This document shows positions 55,382 through 64,000 of a DNA stretch of 64,000 nt, one piece after another. Position numbers and translations under genes: made by a program. Under the pieces are notes generated by a model. It did no database searches. It was not told the DNA's origin and saw only the letters and a list, made by a program, of their open reading frames with translations. The DNA lies in contig JANQZS010000077.1 of the NCBI GenBank assembly GCA_030728405.1, positions 12,767-76,766 on the forward strand, read 5' to 3'. This DNA comes from Candidatus Nanopelagicales bacterium. Its GTDB lineage: Bacteria > Actinomycetota > Actinomycetes > S36-B12. How positions within the stretch are numbered: the first letter of the stretch is position 1; every line of letters begins with the position of its first letter.

Positions 55382-55930
55382 ATGACGGTAGTCATTCACT
55401 CGTCCAGGATTGATGGTCGAGTTGGCGACACCATGGGCGTAGCCCGCGGTGTCTTATTTGTGCACTCCTGCCCGCGTGCTGTCAGCCCGCACCTGGAGTG
55501 GGCTCTCGCCAAGGTCTTTGGCAGTGACCTTTCCATTGATTGGGCAGATCAACCCATAACGCCGAACCAGGTGCGCGCCGAGATCATTTGGAGCGGAGAA
55601 CCTGGCACTGGCGCCCGCATCGCCAGTGCACTCCTTGCCTTCTCAGGCATCCGTTACGAGGTGACCGAGGAATCGAGACTCGATGCTGAGGGTGAGCGGT
55701 TTGCCGCAACCCCGGCACTAGGTCTCTTCCGCGGATCAATCGGACTACACGGCGATGTGATGGTTCACGAAGAACGCCTACGTTCCCTGATGAGTCAGCC
55801 TGGCTTGGGCATGCATGACGTCATGAGTGAACTCGGCCGCCTGATTGGCCGACCGTGGGATGATGAACTTGAAGCGTTCCGCATCGCGCACGAGGGATCA
55901 ACGGTGAGGGTGCTGCACCAAGTCGTGTAG
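55382..55930 (+). CDS. DUF3145-family protein (conserved actinobacterial neighbour of the fab operon)
   Basis: RGVLFVHSCPRAVSPHLEWAL core. ATG 55382 has an AGGAGA RBS; ATG 55433 is an alternative start. Confidence 0.7.
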   Translation: MTVVIHSSRIDGRVGDTMGVARGVLFVHSCPRAVSPHLEWALAKVFGSDLSIDWADQPITPNQVRAEIIWSGEPGTGARIASALLAFSGIRYEVTEESRLDAEGERFAATPALGLFRGSIGLHGDVMVHEERLRSLMSQPGLGMHDVMSELGRLIGRPWDDELEAFRIAHEGSTVRVLHQVV

Positions 55931-56020
55931 CCCCCTTTGGCGATTTCGCCCGCTTCCCGGGTCAATTCGCCATTTGCAGCCCTTTCCAAGGCCCTCAATG
56001 GCAATTTCACCCGGTCAGTT
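55931..56020. repeat. Left copy of a composite palindromic repeat (contains hairpin 55939-55971)
   Basis: It starts at the base after the DUF3145 stop with CCCCCTTTGGCGATTTCGCCCGcttccCGGGTCAATTCGCC. It is the reverse complement of 57132-57221: block A matches at 29 of 34 positions, and block B matches at about 23 of 30. Confidence 0.7.
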
Positions 56021-56051
56021 ACGGAAATCGCGCAGCCAGTCGCTGCCACTT

Positions 56052-57059
56052 TCAAGAAGCTTTACGCGATGGGGAGAGCGCGCCGGCTGCTGACCGGATT
56101 TCCGAGGCGACCTTGCCTGGATGATTCGCAATGTCCGACCACATCCACCGAACAACGGTGAAGCCCTGACGGCGAAGGCGATCCTCGCGAGCCTTTTCGC
56201 GAACGAGGTCTTCGCGAGTCTCATACTTTGCTGCGCCATCAGCCTCGCCGATTACCCCGAATTCCTCCCAGTACATATCAGCGAAGCCAATGAGTCCTTC
56301 TTCGTCGTAAAAAGGGACTTGGAGTTGCGGCTCGGGTAAATGGCACGCGATGAAGTGCACGCGCGAGACTGACTCCAGAGGGGATTGCGCACCAGACCGA
56401 GCTAGCCGCGCAGCCTTGCGCACCCTTCCTATTCCGCGGAGGTAAGGCCACTCGGCAACGCCGTTGTCGATTAGCGGCAGACGATCTGGACGATCCCAGA
56501 GCACCGCATCGAGGAGTGCGACCGCCCACTCGAAGGGCATCAGAGTCGCTGCGCTGATGGCGGCATGGATGTCGTCGACAGAGGTTAGGTCGTCTATCTC
56601 GACAGTGGTCAATCGAGTGAGGTCATGCGTAACAACTCGAATATCTGGTCGAGAAATCTCCAACGCATTGCTTCGCCTGAGGGATCGCGTATCAGATTCG
56701 GTGTGCCGAAGCAGCCAAGGTATGGCACTAACGTGTGATGGGAGCGGCAGCCCATGGAGTACTGCGGCACTTGTCGCGAATGCAACTGCTGGTTCAGTGA
56801 CCGACATCAGAGCACTAGCAGTGTGCACCCTGAGGAGTAGTTCAGGACTTGCAGTTTTCAACATGGCCGAATCGGCGTACACGCCGAAGCGGATTTGCGT
56901 CCAGAGCCTCCGTCGAACCAGTCGACGAATCTCACTATCTGCAATTCCCCAGCCCAACAATTCCTGACGCCGAAACACTCCCAGGCCACCGCGTGAGTTT
57001 GCGGTAGCGCGGCTAAGGATGGCTTGGAGTTCCTCGGGTATCCGAGACTGACGTGGCAT
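56052..57059 (-). CDS. AbiEi-N-terminal / DUF559 endonuclease-like domain protein
   Basis: An N-terminal GVFRRQELLGWGIADSEIRRLVRRRLWTQIRFGVYA and a C-terminal EADGAAKYE...REDRLRRQGFTVVRW. ATG 57059 is preferred over 57212, because the extra codons fall inside the right repeat. Confidence 0.6.
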   Translation of the reverse strand: MPRQSRIPEELQAILSRATANSRGGLGVFRRQELLGWGIADSEIRRLVRRRLWTQIRFGVYADSAMLKTASPELLLRVHTASALMSVTEPAVAFATSAAVLHGLPLPSHVSAIPWLLRHTESDTRSLRRSNALEISRPDIRVVTHDLTRLTTVEIDDLTSVDDIHAAISAATLMPFEWAVALLDAVLWDRPDRLPLIDNGVAEWPYLRGIGRVRKAARLARSGAQSPLESVSRVHFIACHLPEPQLQVPFYDEEGLIGFADMYWEEFGVIGEADGAAKYETREDLVREKAREDRLRRQGFTVVRWMWSDIANHPGKVASEIRSAAGALSPSRKAS

Positions 57060-57131
57060 GCAGCGCACTTTTGCGCGATGCGGGGGATTTGTCGACGCGT
57101 CGTCCACAAGTAGAGCGTGGAAAGAGCAATC

Positions 57132-57221
57132 CGACCGGGTTAAATCACCATTCGGGGGCTGAAAACCAAGCCGTTCTGGTGATTTGGCCCGGGAAACGGG
57201 CGAAATCACCAAAAAAGGGGG
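57132..57221. repeat. Right (inverted) copy of the composite palindromic repeat (contains hairpin 57178-57210)
   Basis: GGTGATTTGGCCCGggaaaCGGGCGAAATCACCAAAAAAGGGGG ends at the base before the carboxyltransferase stop codon (57222-57224). Confidence 0.7.
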
Positions 57222-58631
57222 CTACAGCGGGATGTTGCCGTGCTGTCCGCGCGCGCCCGGGGTATCCCAGATCACTTGGGCAACAGCGCGCCGCGTGTGG
57301 TTGGGTGAGACAACCTCATCAACCATGCCCATCTCCACAGCCTTCTTGATGCCGCCCGAGATGACCTCGTGCTCGGCAGCGAGTTCGAGTTCGACCTGCT
57401 CACGGCTTTCTTGGGGTACTTCAGCTAGGCGCCTGCGGTGCAGGATGCGAATGGCTGCGACGGCACCCATCACTGCAACTTCAGCGTCCGGCCAGGCGTA
57501 AACGCGGGTTGCACCAAGAGAAGCTGAGTTCATCGCAACGTAGGCGCCGCCGTATGCCTTACGGGTAACAACGGTCACCCGAGGCACAACGCATTCGGCA
57601 AAGGCATGGAGCAACTTGGCACCGCGCCGCACCACACCCTCCCATTCCTGACCAAGGCCAGGGAGGTAACCGGGCACGTCGACTAACACGATGAGTGGCA
57701 CCGCGAAGGCATCGCACATTCGGACAAAGCGTGCGGCCTTCTCAGCACTCGAGGAATCAAGGCAGCCGCCAAGTCGCAGCGGGTTATTCGCGACGATGCC
57801 CACGGTGCGACCACCGAGACGGCCGAGTGCAACCACGATGTTGGGCGCCCAGCGTTCATGCAATTCCACGCATGTGCCTGGATCAAGGAAGCCTTCAACG
57901 AGAGGGTGCACGTCATAAGCGCGGCGGGAGGATTCGGGCATGAAGGAGCCGAGGTCGATGTCCTCAACGGAATCCAAATCCATGGACCCCTGGTGCCCGA
58001 GCAAGTTCACCAGTTTGCGGGCCTCGCCAAGAGCTTCGGCTTCAGAGTCGGTGGTGATGTGCACGACGCCACTGCGCCGGCCATGGGGTTCGGGACCGCC
58101 GAGGCTGTCCATATCGACCTGCTCGCCGGTCACGGACTTCACGACCTCTGGGCCGGTGACGAAAATGCGGCCGGCAGGGCCAAGGATCACAATGTCGGTG
58201 AGGGCGGGACCGTAGGCAGCACCACCTGCTGCTGGGCCAAGCACCACAGAGATTTGCGGCACCTTGCCGGAGATACGGGTCTGGGCTGCGAAAACTCGCC
58301 CGACCGCGTCAAGACTTGCAACGCCTTCGCGCAACCGAGCCCCGCCCGAATGCCAGATGCCGACGACGGGGGAGGAGTCTGCAAAAGCGCGGTCATAGGC
58401 AGTGACGATCGCGCGGCAACCTTCCGCCCCCATTGCGCCACCCTGCACCGTTGGGTCGGTGGCAAATGCAACGACGTTGGTTCCCATAGCGCGGCCGGCA
58501 GCTACGAGCACTCCACGATCATCATTGGGTGTGACCAATGTGAATTCACCGTCGTCAAAGAACGCAGCAAGGCGGACAAGTGGCGAACGTGGGTCAATCT
58601 GTTCGACGGGCTCGGTGAGGGCCGTGGACAT
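57222..58631 (-). CDS. Acyl-CoA carboxylase carboxyltransferase (beta) subunit, AccD6-like
   Basis: 469-aa carboxyl-transferase two-domain pattern. It is the last gene of the fab operon, starting 1 nt after the fabF stop. Confidence 0.85.
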   Translation of the reverse strand: MSTALTEPVEQIDPRSPLVRLAAFFDDGEFTLVTPNDDRGVLVAAGRAMGTNVVAFATDPTVQGGAMGAEGCRAIVTAYDRAFADSSPVVGIWHSGGARLREGVASLDAVGRVFAAQTRISGKVPQISVVLGPAAGGAAYGPALTDIVILGPAGRIFVTGPEVVKSVTGEQVDMDSLGGPEPHGRRSGVVHITTDSEAEALGEARKLVNLLGHQGSMDLDSVEDIDLGSFMPESSRRAYDVHPLVEGFLDPGTCVELHERWAPNIVVALGRLGGRTVGIVANNPLRLGGCLDSSSAEKAARFVRMCDAFAVPLIVLVDVPGYLPGLGQEWEGVVRRGAKLLHAFAECVVPRVTVVTRKAYGGAYVAMNSASLGATRVYAWPDAEVAVMGAVAAIRILHRRRLAEVPQESREQVELELAAEHEVISGGIKKAVEMGMVDEVVSPNHTRRAVAQVIWDTPGARGQHGNIPL

Positions 58632-58632
58632 C

Positions 58633-59862
58633 TCAGTTGCTCCTGAACACTAGGGCGACGTCGTGTCCGCCAAAACCAAATGAGTTATTGAGAGCAGCAA
58701 TATCGCCGGCTGGCAATGGTCGCGGGGAGGTGGCAACGTCGAGGTCGATGGCTGGATCCATGTTGGTGAGATTGGCTGTGGGAGGAACGACGCGGTCGCG
58801 GATTGTCAAGATGGTGAAAATAGATTCGATGGCACCGGCGCCACCGAGTAGATGCCCGGTCATGGACTTGGTTCCGGTGACCACAGTGGAATCAGCATCT
58901 GAACCGAGTGCGGCCCGGATCGCAACGAACTCAGCGATGTCACCCTGCGGAGTTGATGTTGCGTGCGCATTGATGTGCACGATGTCTGCAGGGGTAAGAC
59001 CGGCATCGCTAATCGCAGCGAGAATTGCGCGCGATGCGCCTCGACCTTCGGGGTCGGGCTGAGCGATGTGGTGACCATCTGAGGTGAGACCAGCCCCGCC
59101 GTATACGCCGTGGATTGTGGCGCCGCGAGCTTTGGCATGTTCACGAGATTCAAGAACGACGACGCCAGCACCTTCGCCCATAACAAAGCCGTCGCGATCT
59201 ACATCGTAAGGGCGCGATGCGGTCTGCGGATCATCGTTGCGGGTGGAGAGCGCTCGCATGGCGGCAAACCCAGCCATGGTGAGATCGCAGATCACGGCTT
59301 CTGTGCCACCTGCAACTACAACGTCGGCGCGACCTTCTTGGATCATGCGGGCTGCGTAGGAGATGGCTTCAGCGCCAGATGCACAAGCGCTCACCGGAGT
59401 GTGCACGCCAGCGCGCGCACCAAGTTCGAGGCCAACAATGGCTGCAGGGCCATTCGGCATGATCATCGTGACCAAGTGGGGGGAGATGCGGGACGCTCCG
59501 CGTTCGCGCAAGGTGTCATGAGCATTGAGAAGCGAAGTGACGCCGCCAATTCCGGTGGCAATAACTGTGCCGAGCCGGTCGAGATCCATCTCGGGTGCAC
59601 CGGCGTCGGCCCATGCCTCTCGGGCAGCAACGAGGGCGGCCTGTTGGGAGCGATCCATGCGCCGTGTTTCAACCCGATCAAGTACTTCGGTCGGATCGAC
59701 CGCCATGAACCCTGCAATGTGACAGGGCTGCTCGAGTACCCACTCCTCCGTGATTGTGCTGATGCCTGAAGTTCCGGCCAATAGCGCCGACCAGGTGGAT
59801 GCGACGTCGCCTCCCAGAGGAGTCGTCATACCCATTCCAGTGACCACAACCTCGCGTGTCAT
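58633..59862 (-). CDS. fabF: Beta-ketoacyl-ACP synthase II (KasA/FabF)
   Basis: Active-site C (PVSACASG), two His motifs (NAHATST, GHLLGGAG), and an AAGGAG RBS. Confidence 0.9.
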   Translation of the reverse strand: MTREVVVTGMGMTTPLGGDVASTWSALLAGTSGISTITEEWVLEQPCHIAGFMAVDPTEVLDRVETRRMDRSQQAALVAAREAWADAGAPEMDLDRLGTVIATGIGGVTSLLNAHDTLRERGASRISPHLVTMIMPNGPAAIVGLELGARAGVHTPVSACASGAEAISYAARMIQEGRADVVVAGGTEAVICDLTMAGFAAMRALSTRNDDPQTASRPYDVDRDGFVMGEGAGVVVLESREHAKARGATIHGVYGGAGLTSDGHHIAQPDPEGRGASRAILAAISDAGLTPADIVHINAHATSTPQGDIAEFVAIRAALGSDADSTVVTGTKSMTGHLLGGAGAIESIFTILTIRDRVVPPTANLTNMDPAIDLDVATSPRPLPAGDIAALNNSFGFGGHDVALVFRSN

Positions 59863-59939
59863 GGAGAACTCCTTTGTCTGTGTGGATCAGTCCTGATTGA
59901 CCGAGCCGCAGGTGTGTTGACCGCGGCCCGGCCCGACAA

Positions 59940-60179
59940 TCAGGAGTTTGCGGAAATGAAGGTCACGGCATCGCCAACGGTGCGCAAGTTCTTGACCTCT
60001 TCGTCGGGAATCTTCACGCCCCACTTATCTTCGGCTGCCATGACGACCTCAACCATGGAGAGGGAATCGATGTCGAGATCATCGACGAATGCCTTGTCGA
60101 GTTGAACGTCTTCGACGGGAACGCCGGCTACCTCGTTAACGATGGCGGCAAGGCCCTCCAGGATGTCCTGCTGGCTCAT
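59940..60179 (-). CDS. acpP: Acyl carrier protein
   Basis: DLDIDSLSMVE phosphopantetheine site. An AAAGGAACC RBS favours the second ATG (60179). Confidence 0.9.
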   Translation of the reverse strand: MSQQDILEGLAAIVNEVAGVPVEDVQLDKAFVDDLDIDSLSMVEVVMAAEDKWGVKIPDEEVKNLRTVGDAVTFISANS

Positions 60180-60243
60180 TGTGGTTCCTTTCATGTTGAT
60201 TACCTGGTGACCCGCCTCTTCGACGGGAGTGTGTGGGAACGAA

Positions 60244-61248
60244 CTAGGGCAAGGTCACGACCTGTGCGGCAAAGACCAAGCCCGCGCCAAAGCCTATGAG
60301 CAGGGCGGTTCCGCCACGTGGCGCCTTGCCCGATTCGAGGAGTGCATCCATAGCGAGTGGAATTGAGGCCGCGGACGTGTTCCCCATGTGGGTGATGTCG
60401 CGAGCAACAGCCACAGTGTCTGGAAGCGCGAGTGCTCGAACAAGAGCATCGGTGATGCGGTTATTGGCTTGGTGCGGGATGAACGCATCGAGTTGATCTG
60501 CGGTTATCCCAGCGGCGTCGAGCGCAGCCTGCGCTGCCTTGGACATTTCTGTGACTGCCCAGCGGAAAACCTGTTGACCTTGCATCGTGAGTGCCGGGAA
60601 AATGTCACCACCCACATCGCGGTAATCAATGAAGGATTGCGTCATGTTGATGGCGTCCTTCTGAGAACCATCGGAACCCCACACCACCGGCCCGATTCCT
60701 GGGACATCAGATGGTCCAATGACAACGGCACCCGCGCCGTCGGCAAAAAGGAAAGCTGTACCTCTGTCCTCGTGATCGATCCAGTCACTCAACTTTTCAA
60801 CACCAACGACGAGCACGTGTGTGCAGGTGCCACAACGCACCAAGTCTGATGCGAGAGCAACGGCGTAACTGAATCCCGCACAAGCGGCGGAAAGGTCCAT
60901 TGAGGCTGCATTGGCAGCACCGATTCGATCTTGAACTTCGGCTGCAGCCGAGGGGGTCACGTACGGATGCGTGACTGTGGCGACGATAACCATGCCCAGC
61001 GCTTCGGCTGAAATCCCCGATGAGGCCATTGCCTTCTCGGCGGCTGCCGTTGCCATATCAACGACGCTCACATCGGGGCCTGCCCAGCGACGCTCCACGA
61101 TGCCAGAACGCTCTTGAATCCATTCGTCTGTGGAATCAATCCGTGCGCAGATTTCAGCATTGGTCACGACTCGTGCTGGTCGGAAACTGCCAACCGAGAG
61201 GATCTTGGTGCCCACTGAACCGGCGGTTTGGGTGAGAGCGATGGTCAT
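60244..61248 (-). CDS. fabH: Beta-ketoacyl-ACP synthase III
   Basis: Active site SAACAGF with HQAN and GNTSAASIP motifs. ATGA overlap with fabD. Confidence 0.9.
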   Translation of the reverse strand: MTIALTQTAGSVGTKILSVGSFRPARVVTNAEICARIDSTDEWIQERSGIVERRWAGPDVSVVDMATAAAEKAMASSGISAEALGMVIVATVTHPYVTPSAAAEVQDRIGAANAASMDLSAACAGFSYAVALASDLVRCGTCTHVLVVGVEKLSDWIDHEDRGTAFLFADGAGAVVIGPSDVPGIGPVVWGSDGSQKDAINMTQSFIDYRDVGGDIFPALTMQGQQVFRWAVTEMSKAAQAALDAAGITADQLDAFIPHQANNRITDALVRALALPDTVAVARDITHMGNTSAASIPLAMDALLESGKAPRGGTALLIGFGAGLVFAAQVVTLP

Positions 61249-62438
61249 GAATGGGCTGCCTGAGCTATTGGATGAAGGCGAACAAGTGGTTGGCCTGGGG
61301 AGACCGGATCACCGTCATGTACGAGCCACTCGACGATGACTCCGCCGTGCGGAGCCAGCACAGGAGAACTTTCACGTAGTGTGTCAACGCTGCCGATGAC
61401 TGCATCGGGTGCGAGTTCACCGCCGACTTGTTCGAGAGAACCCAGCTTGAAAGTTCCCTTGGCGGGAGCTACGAGTAAGCGCCAGGTGGGGCTGGATTCG
61501 AGAACGGATTGGCTGCCATGTTCTTCCACCATGCGCCAAGCCTGGTGTAGGTCATCAGGAGTTTTCAACGCGAGCGTTTCGACTCCAGGTATCGCCCGTT
61601 TGATCAGGCCGGTGAGTGTTCCTGCGGGTGGAATTTCGATGACGGCAGTGACGCCGAGGTCCCTCATCGTTTGCATGCACAGGTCCCAGCGCACGGGCCG
61701 GCTCACCTGGTGAACGAGACGACGCAACACATCCCGGCCGTCGTGAACCACTTCACCGTCAGCGTTGGAAATCAAACGGATGCGCGGATCGTGTGTGGTG
61801 ATGGCATTGCTGATGCGACCAAGAACGCCAACCGCGGGTTCCATATGGATTGTGTGGAAAGCGCCTGCTACCTCGAGCGAGCGCACTCGAGCACCCTCGG
61901 GCGGATTGGCTGCGAAGGCTACGAGTTGCTCCATGGTTCCGGCCACCACGATTTGACCTGCACCGTTCATGTTGGCGGAGGTGAGCCCAGCGGCCTGCGC
62001 GGCGGTCGTGACTACTTCTTCATCCCCACCGAGAACCGCACTCATACCGGTTTCGGTGATGGCTGCGGCGCGCGCCATTGAGGTGCCGCGCTCGCGAACA
62101 AAGACCATTGCCTGCTCGGCGGTGAGCACCCCAGCACCTACGGCTGCAGTGATTTCACCAACCGAATGGCCCGCGCCGGCGCCAATGGCCGAGTAGGCAC
62201 CCGAAGGGTGGGGAAAGAGGGACAGCAATGTAACGAGGCCAGATCCCACGATGAGCGGCTGAGCTATCGCCGTATCGCGAATGGTGTCAGCGTCGGAGGT
62301 GGTGCCATGGGCGATGAGATCTACCCCGCTCACCAGGGAAAGCCACTCGAGTCGATCCCGAAATCCTGGTAGATCGAGCCATGGGTTGAGAAATCCGGGG
62401 GACTGGGAGCCCTGTCCTGGGGCGACGACTACAAGCAC
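61245..62438 (-). CDS. fabD: ACP S-malonyltransferase fused to a C-terminal lysine-less BCCP/lipoyl-like domain
   Basis: FabD motifs (APGQGSQ, GHSVGE) span about 305 aa. The final 79 aa (about 61248-61484) read WRLLVAPAKGTFKL...VIGSVDTLRESSPVLAPHGGVIVEWLVHDGDPVSPGQPLVRLHP. A GTG start near 62438 (GGAAGG RBS) is preferred over ATG 62501. Confidence 0.8.
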   Translation of the reverse strand: MLVVVAPGQGSQSPGFLNPWLDLPGFRDRLEWLSLVSGVDLIAHGTTSDADTIRDTAIAQPLIVGSGLVTLLSLFPHPSGAYSAIGAGAGHSVGEITAAVGAGVLTAEQAMVFVRERGTSMARAAAITETGMSAVLGGDEEVVTTAAQAAGLTSANMNGAGQIVVAGTMEQLVAFAANPPEGARVRSLEVAGAFHTIHMEPAVGVLGRISNAITTHDPRIRLISNADGEVVHDGRDVLRRLVHQVSRPVRWDLCMQTMRDLGVTAVIEIPPAGTLTGLIKRAIPGVETLALKTPDDLHQAWRMVEEHGSQSVLESSPTWRLLVAPAKGTFKLGSLEQVGGELAPDAVIGSVDTLRESSPVLAPHGGVIVEWLVHDGDPVSPGQPLVRLHPIAQAAHS

Positions 62439-62516
62439 AGGCACAGCCTTCCGTGGATTAGTACAAGTTGCGGGTGTGCTCCGCCCCAATGTCTGGTCCA
62501 CTTTACTGTAGGAAAC

Positions 62517-63674
62517 CTACAAATTTGTGGGAGACTCCTCGGAGAGCCGGCCCAGCACCAATGCCACCCGAACGGTGAAAGATCCGCGCGGCTCGGTGAT
62601 GGCGCAGCCGGTGGTTTCCGCGATCCGCTTGAGGCGGTACCGCACGGTATTCGGGTGGATGAACAGGAGTCGGGAAGTGGCCTCGAGCGATCCAGCCCGT
62701 TCCAGGTACGTCGCAGCGGTTTCGAGGAGAGTGGGTTCATTCGTCAAAGGAACGAAAACGGTCTCGGTCAACTCGGTGATCGCCGCCGAATCTGCAGCGA
62801 GTGCTCGCTCGGGCAGCAGGTCATGCGCACTGATCGGTCGGGGCGCTGCAGGCCAGGCATGTGCGGCGTGTAGTCCGTTGATGGTGGCTCGGGCCGCTTG
62901 CGCTACTGATGCCATCCCGGGACCAACCCCGCTGTACACCACCGGCCCAGCGCCGAAGTGCGGCGCGAGTAGGCGCGCGGTTCGGTCCGGCTCGGTTGCC
63001 GCGCTCACCACCGCGATCAACACTGAGCCGTGAATACCGCTCACCAGTTCCATAGCGTGATGGTGTGCTGCCCGACGCAAGATATCCAGGGCGCCTTGGG
63101 TATCAGTACTTGGTGAAGACCCAGCGATCACCATGGTGTTCCCCAGGCCGGTCCAGCCCAGCGCCGCTAGCCGGCCTGCGAGTGACTCATCGACCTCATC
63201 GCGCAGTAAGGCATCGACGATCAGCGCCTCCAGGCGGGCGTCCCATGCGCCGCGTGATTCTGCAGCTCGCGCATAGACCTCAGCAGCCGAAAACGCAATC
63301 TCGCGGGAGTAACGCAGTATCGCCTCGCGAAGTGCCGGACGGTCCTCGGGTTCCACGAGCTCTTCAACCGCAGACTCGACCACGCCGATCGTGGTACGCA
63401 CCAACGCAACCGTCTGCTCGAGTGAAATAACCCGGGTCAAATCGCGCGGGGCAGCACCGAAAACATCGGAGGTCAGTTCAATGCGTTGCCCGGGAGCGTC
63501 GTACCAATCAAGGAAAGCGCGGATGCCTGCCTGAGCAACGTGGGTTACCCATGAACGTTCCTGCGGACCAAGTTCCCGAAACCATGGAAGGCCTTCCTCC
63601 ATGACTTTGGTGGCCGTGGTGGTGAGTGATCCTGACGCCGCAAGCAACCGCCTGGCGGAGGGTTCTGGACTCAC
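62517..63674 (-). CDS. PucR/CdaR-family transcriptional regulator (FasR/MabR-type fab regulator)
   Basis: C-terminal PucR HTH (TSRLLFIHPNTVRYRLKRIAETTG). The position upstream of fabD matches the actinobacterial FasR/MabR arrangement. Confidence 0.75.
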   Translation of the reverse strand: MSPEPSARRLLAASGSLTTTATKVMEEGLPWFRELGPQERSWVTHVAQAGIRAFLDWYDAPGQRIELTSDVFGAAPRDLTRVISLEQTVALVRTTIGVVESAVEELVEPEDRPALREAILRYSREIAFSAAEVYARAAESRGAWDARLEALIVDALLRDEVDESLAGRLAALGWTGLGNTMVIAGSSPSTDTQGALDILRRAAHHHAMELVSGIHGSVLIAVVSAATEPDRTARLLAPHFGAGPVVYSGVGPGMASVAQAARATINGLHAAHAWPAAPRPISAHDLLPERALAADSAAITELTETVFVPLTNEPTLLETAATYLERAGSLEATSRLLFIHPNTVRYRLKRIAETTGCAITEPRGSFTVRVALVLGRLSEESPTNL

Positions 63675-63689
63675 GGACGTGAATGTTCG

Positions 63690-64000
63690 CTAGCCGACAT
63701 TGACGCCGATGAGGCTGCCCACGATGTAGGTAACAGCGGCAGCGCCGACGCCCCATGCCAATTGCCGCATTGCTGAAAACACCACGCCGCGTCCGGAATA
63801 CCTGCCGACGAGTCCGCCGATCACGATCAACGAAAGCACGGAAAGAGTGATGGCCAGAACAAGCGCGGGCACTCCAGTGAGGAATAGATAAGGAATCACC
63901 ACGACCGATGCACCGATTGCAAATGCAACAAAGCTCGACGCCGCCGCCTTGGTGGGGGAGCCGAGCTCGTCGGGGTCCAGACCAAGTTCTTCCCGGGCGA
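63690..64000 (-). CDS. VIT1/CCC1-family membrane protein (5' partial, continues past the window end)
   Basis: The reading frame is open to position 64000: ...REELGLDPDELGSPTKAAASSFVAFAIGASVVVIPYLF... This matches the VIT-family C-terminal TM helices. Confidence 0.6.
   Translation of the reverse strand, partial: AREELGLDPDELGSPTKAAASSFVAFAIGASVVVIPYLFLTGVPALVLAITLSVLSLIVIGGLVGRYSGRGVVFSAMRQLAWGVGAAAVTYIVGSLIGVNVG

Noticed and set aside
55937-56161. 74-aa plus-strand ORF (MAISPASRVNSPF...) whose product resembles the N-terminus of the 386-aa minus-strand ORF (MVISPVSRAKSPE...)
   Set aside because: The resemblance is a by-product of the inverted DNA repeats being translated in mirrored frames. 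Neither stretch looks like real coding sequence, so the DUF559-type gene was started at ATG 57059 instead.

Overview
The window looks like a moderately high-GC actinobacterial chromosome segment: dense, mostly metabolic, and read by eye only. I saw no rRNA, tRNA, CRISPR array, transposase or integrase.

Main blocks, in order:
- **1-14.1 kb, mycofactocin locus.** This is a complete mycofactocin (MFT) redox-cofactor locus. mftA-B-C-D-E lie on the minus strand, including a 36-aa MftA precursor that is too short for the ORF track. mftR-mftF are divergent. An SDR-aminotransferase-mftG operon sits at the left edge. A glutamine-synthetase-like/amidohydrolase/RpiR cluster lies between the two parts.
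- **14-24 kb.** A YdeP-type molybdoenzyme, followed by secreted and membrane proteins: a Tat-signal metallophosphoesterase, a sulfatase, and a protein with two aspartic-protease-like motifs.
- **24.3-27 kb.** furA-katG, followed by a palindrome-controlled hidden 57-aa Cys-rich ORF.
- **31.4-40.3 kb, molybdenum cofactor and sulfur-trafficking cluster.** mobA, a DUF6457 gene and moeA are followed by an ArsR regulator, a rhodanese-MBL fusion, DsrE-like and TusA proteins, and a signal-less FeS::NrfD fusion with a 964-aa molybdopterin subunit. I consider this the best candidate for an undescribed system.
- **40.3-50.2 kb.** A myo-inositol catabolism (iol) cluster.
- **51.4-52.5 kb.** A TDT transporter gene interrupted by two in-frame TAG codons.
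- **55.9-63.7 kb, fatty-acid synthesis operon.** The order is PucR regulator, fabD, fabH, acpP, fabF and a carboxyltransferase. FabD carries a lysine-less BCCP-like C-terminal domain. The operon ends next to an AbiEi/DUF559-like gene bracketed by about 90-nt inverted palindromic repeats.

Many long ORFs in the six-frame track are antisense shadows of real genes and were not called.
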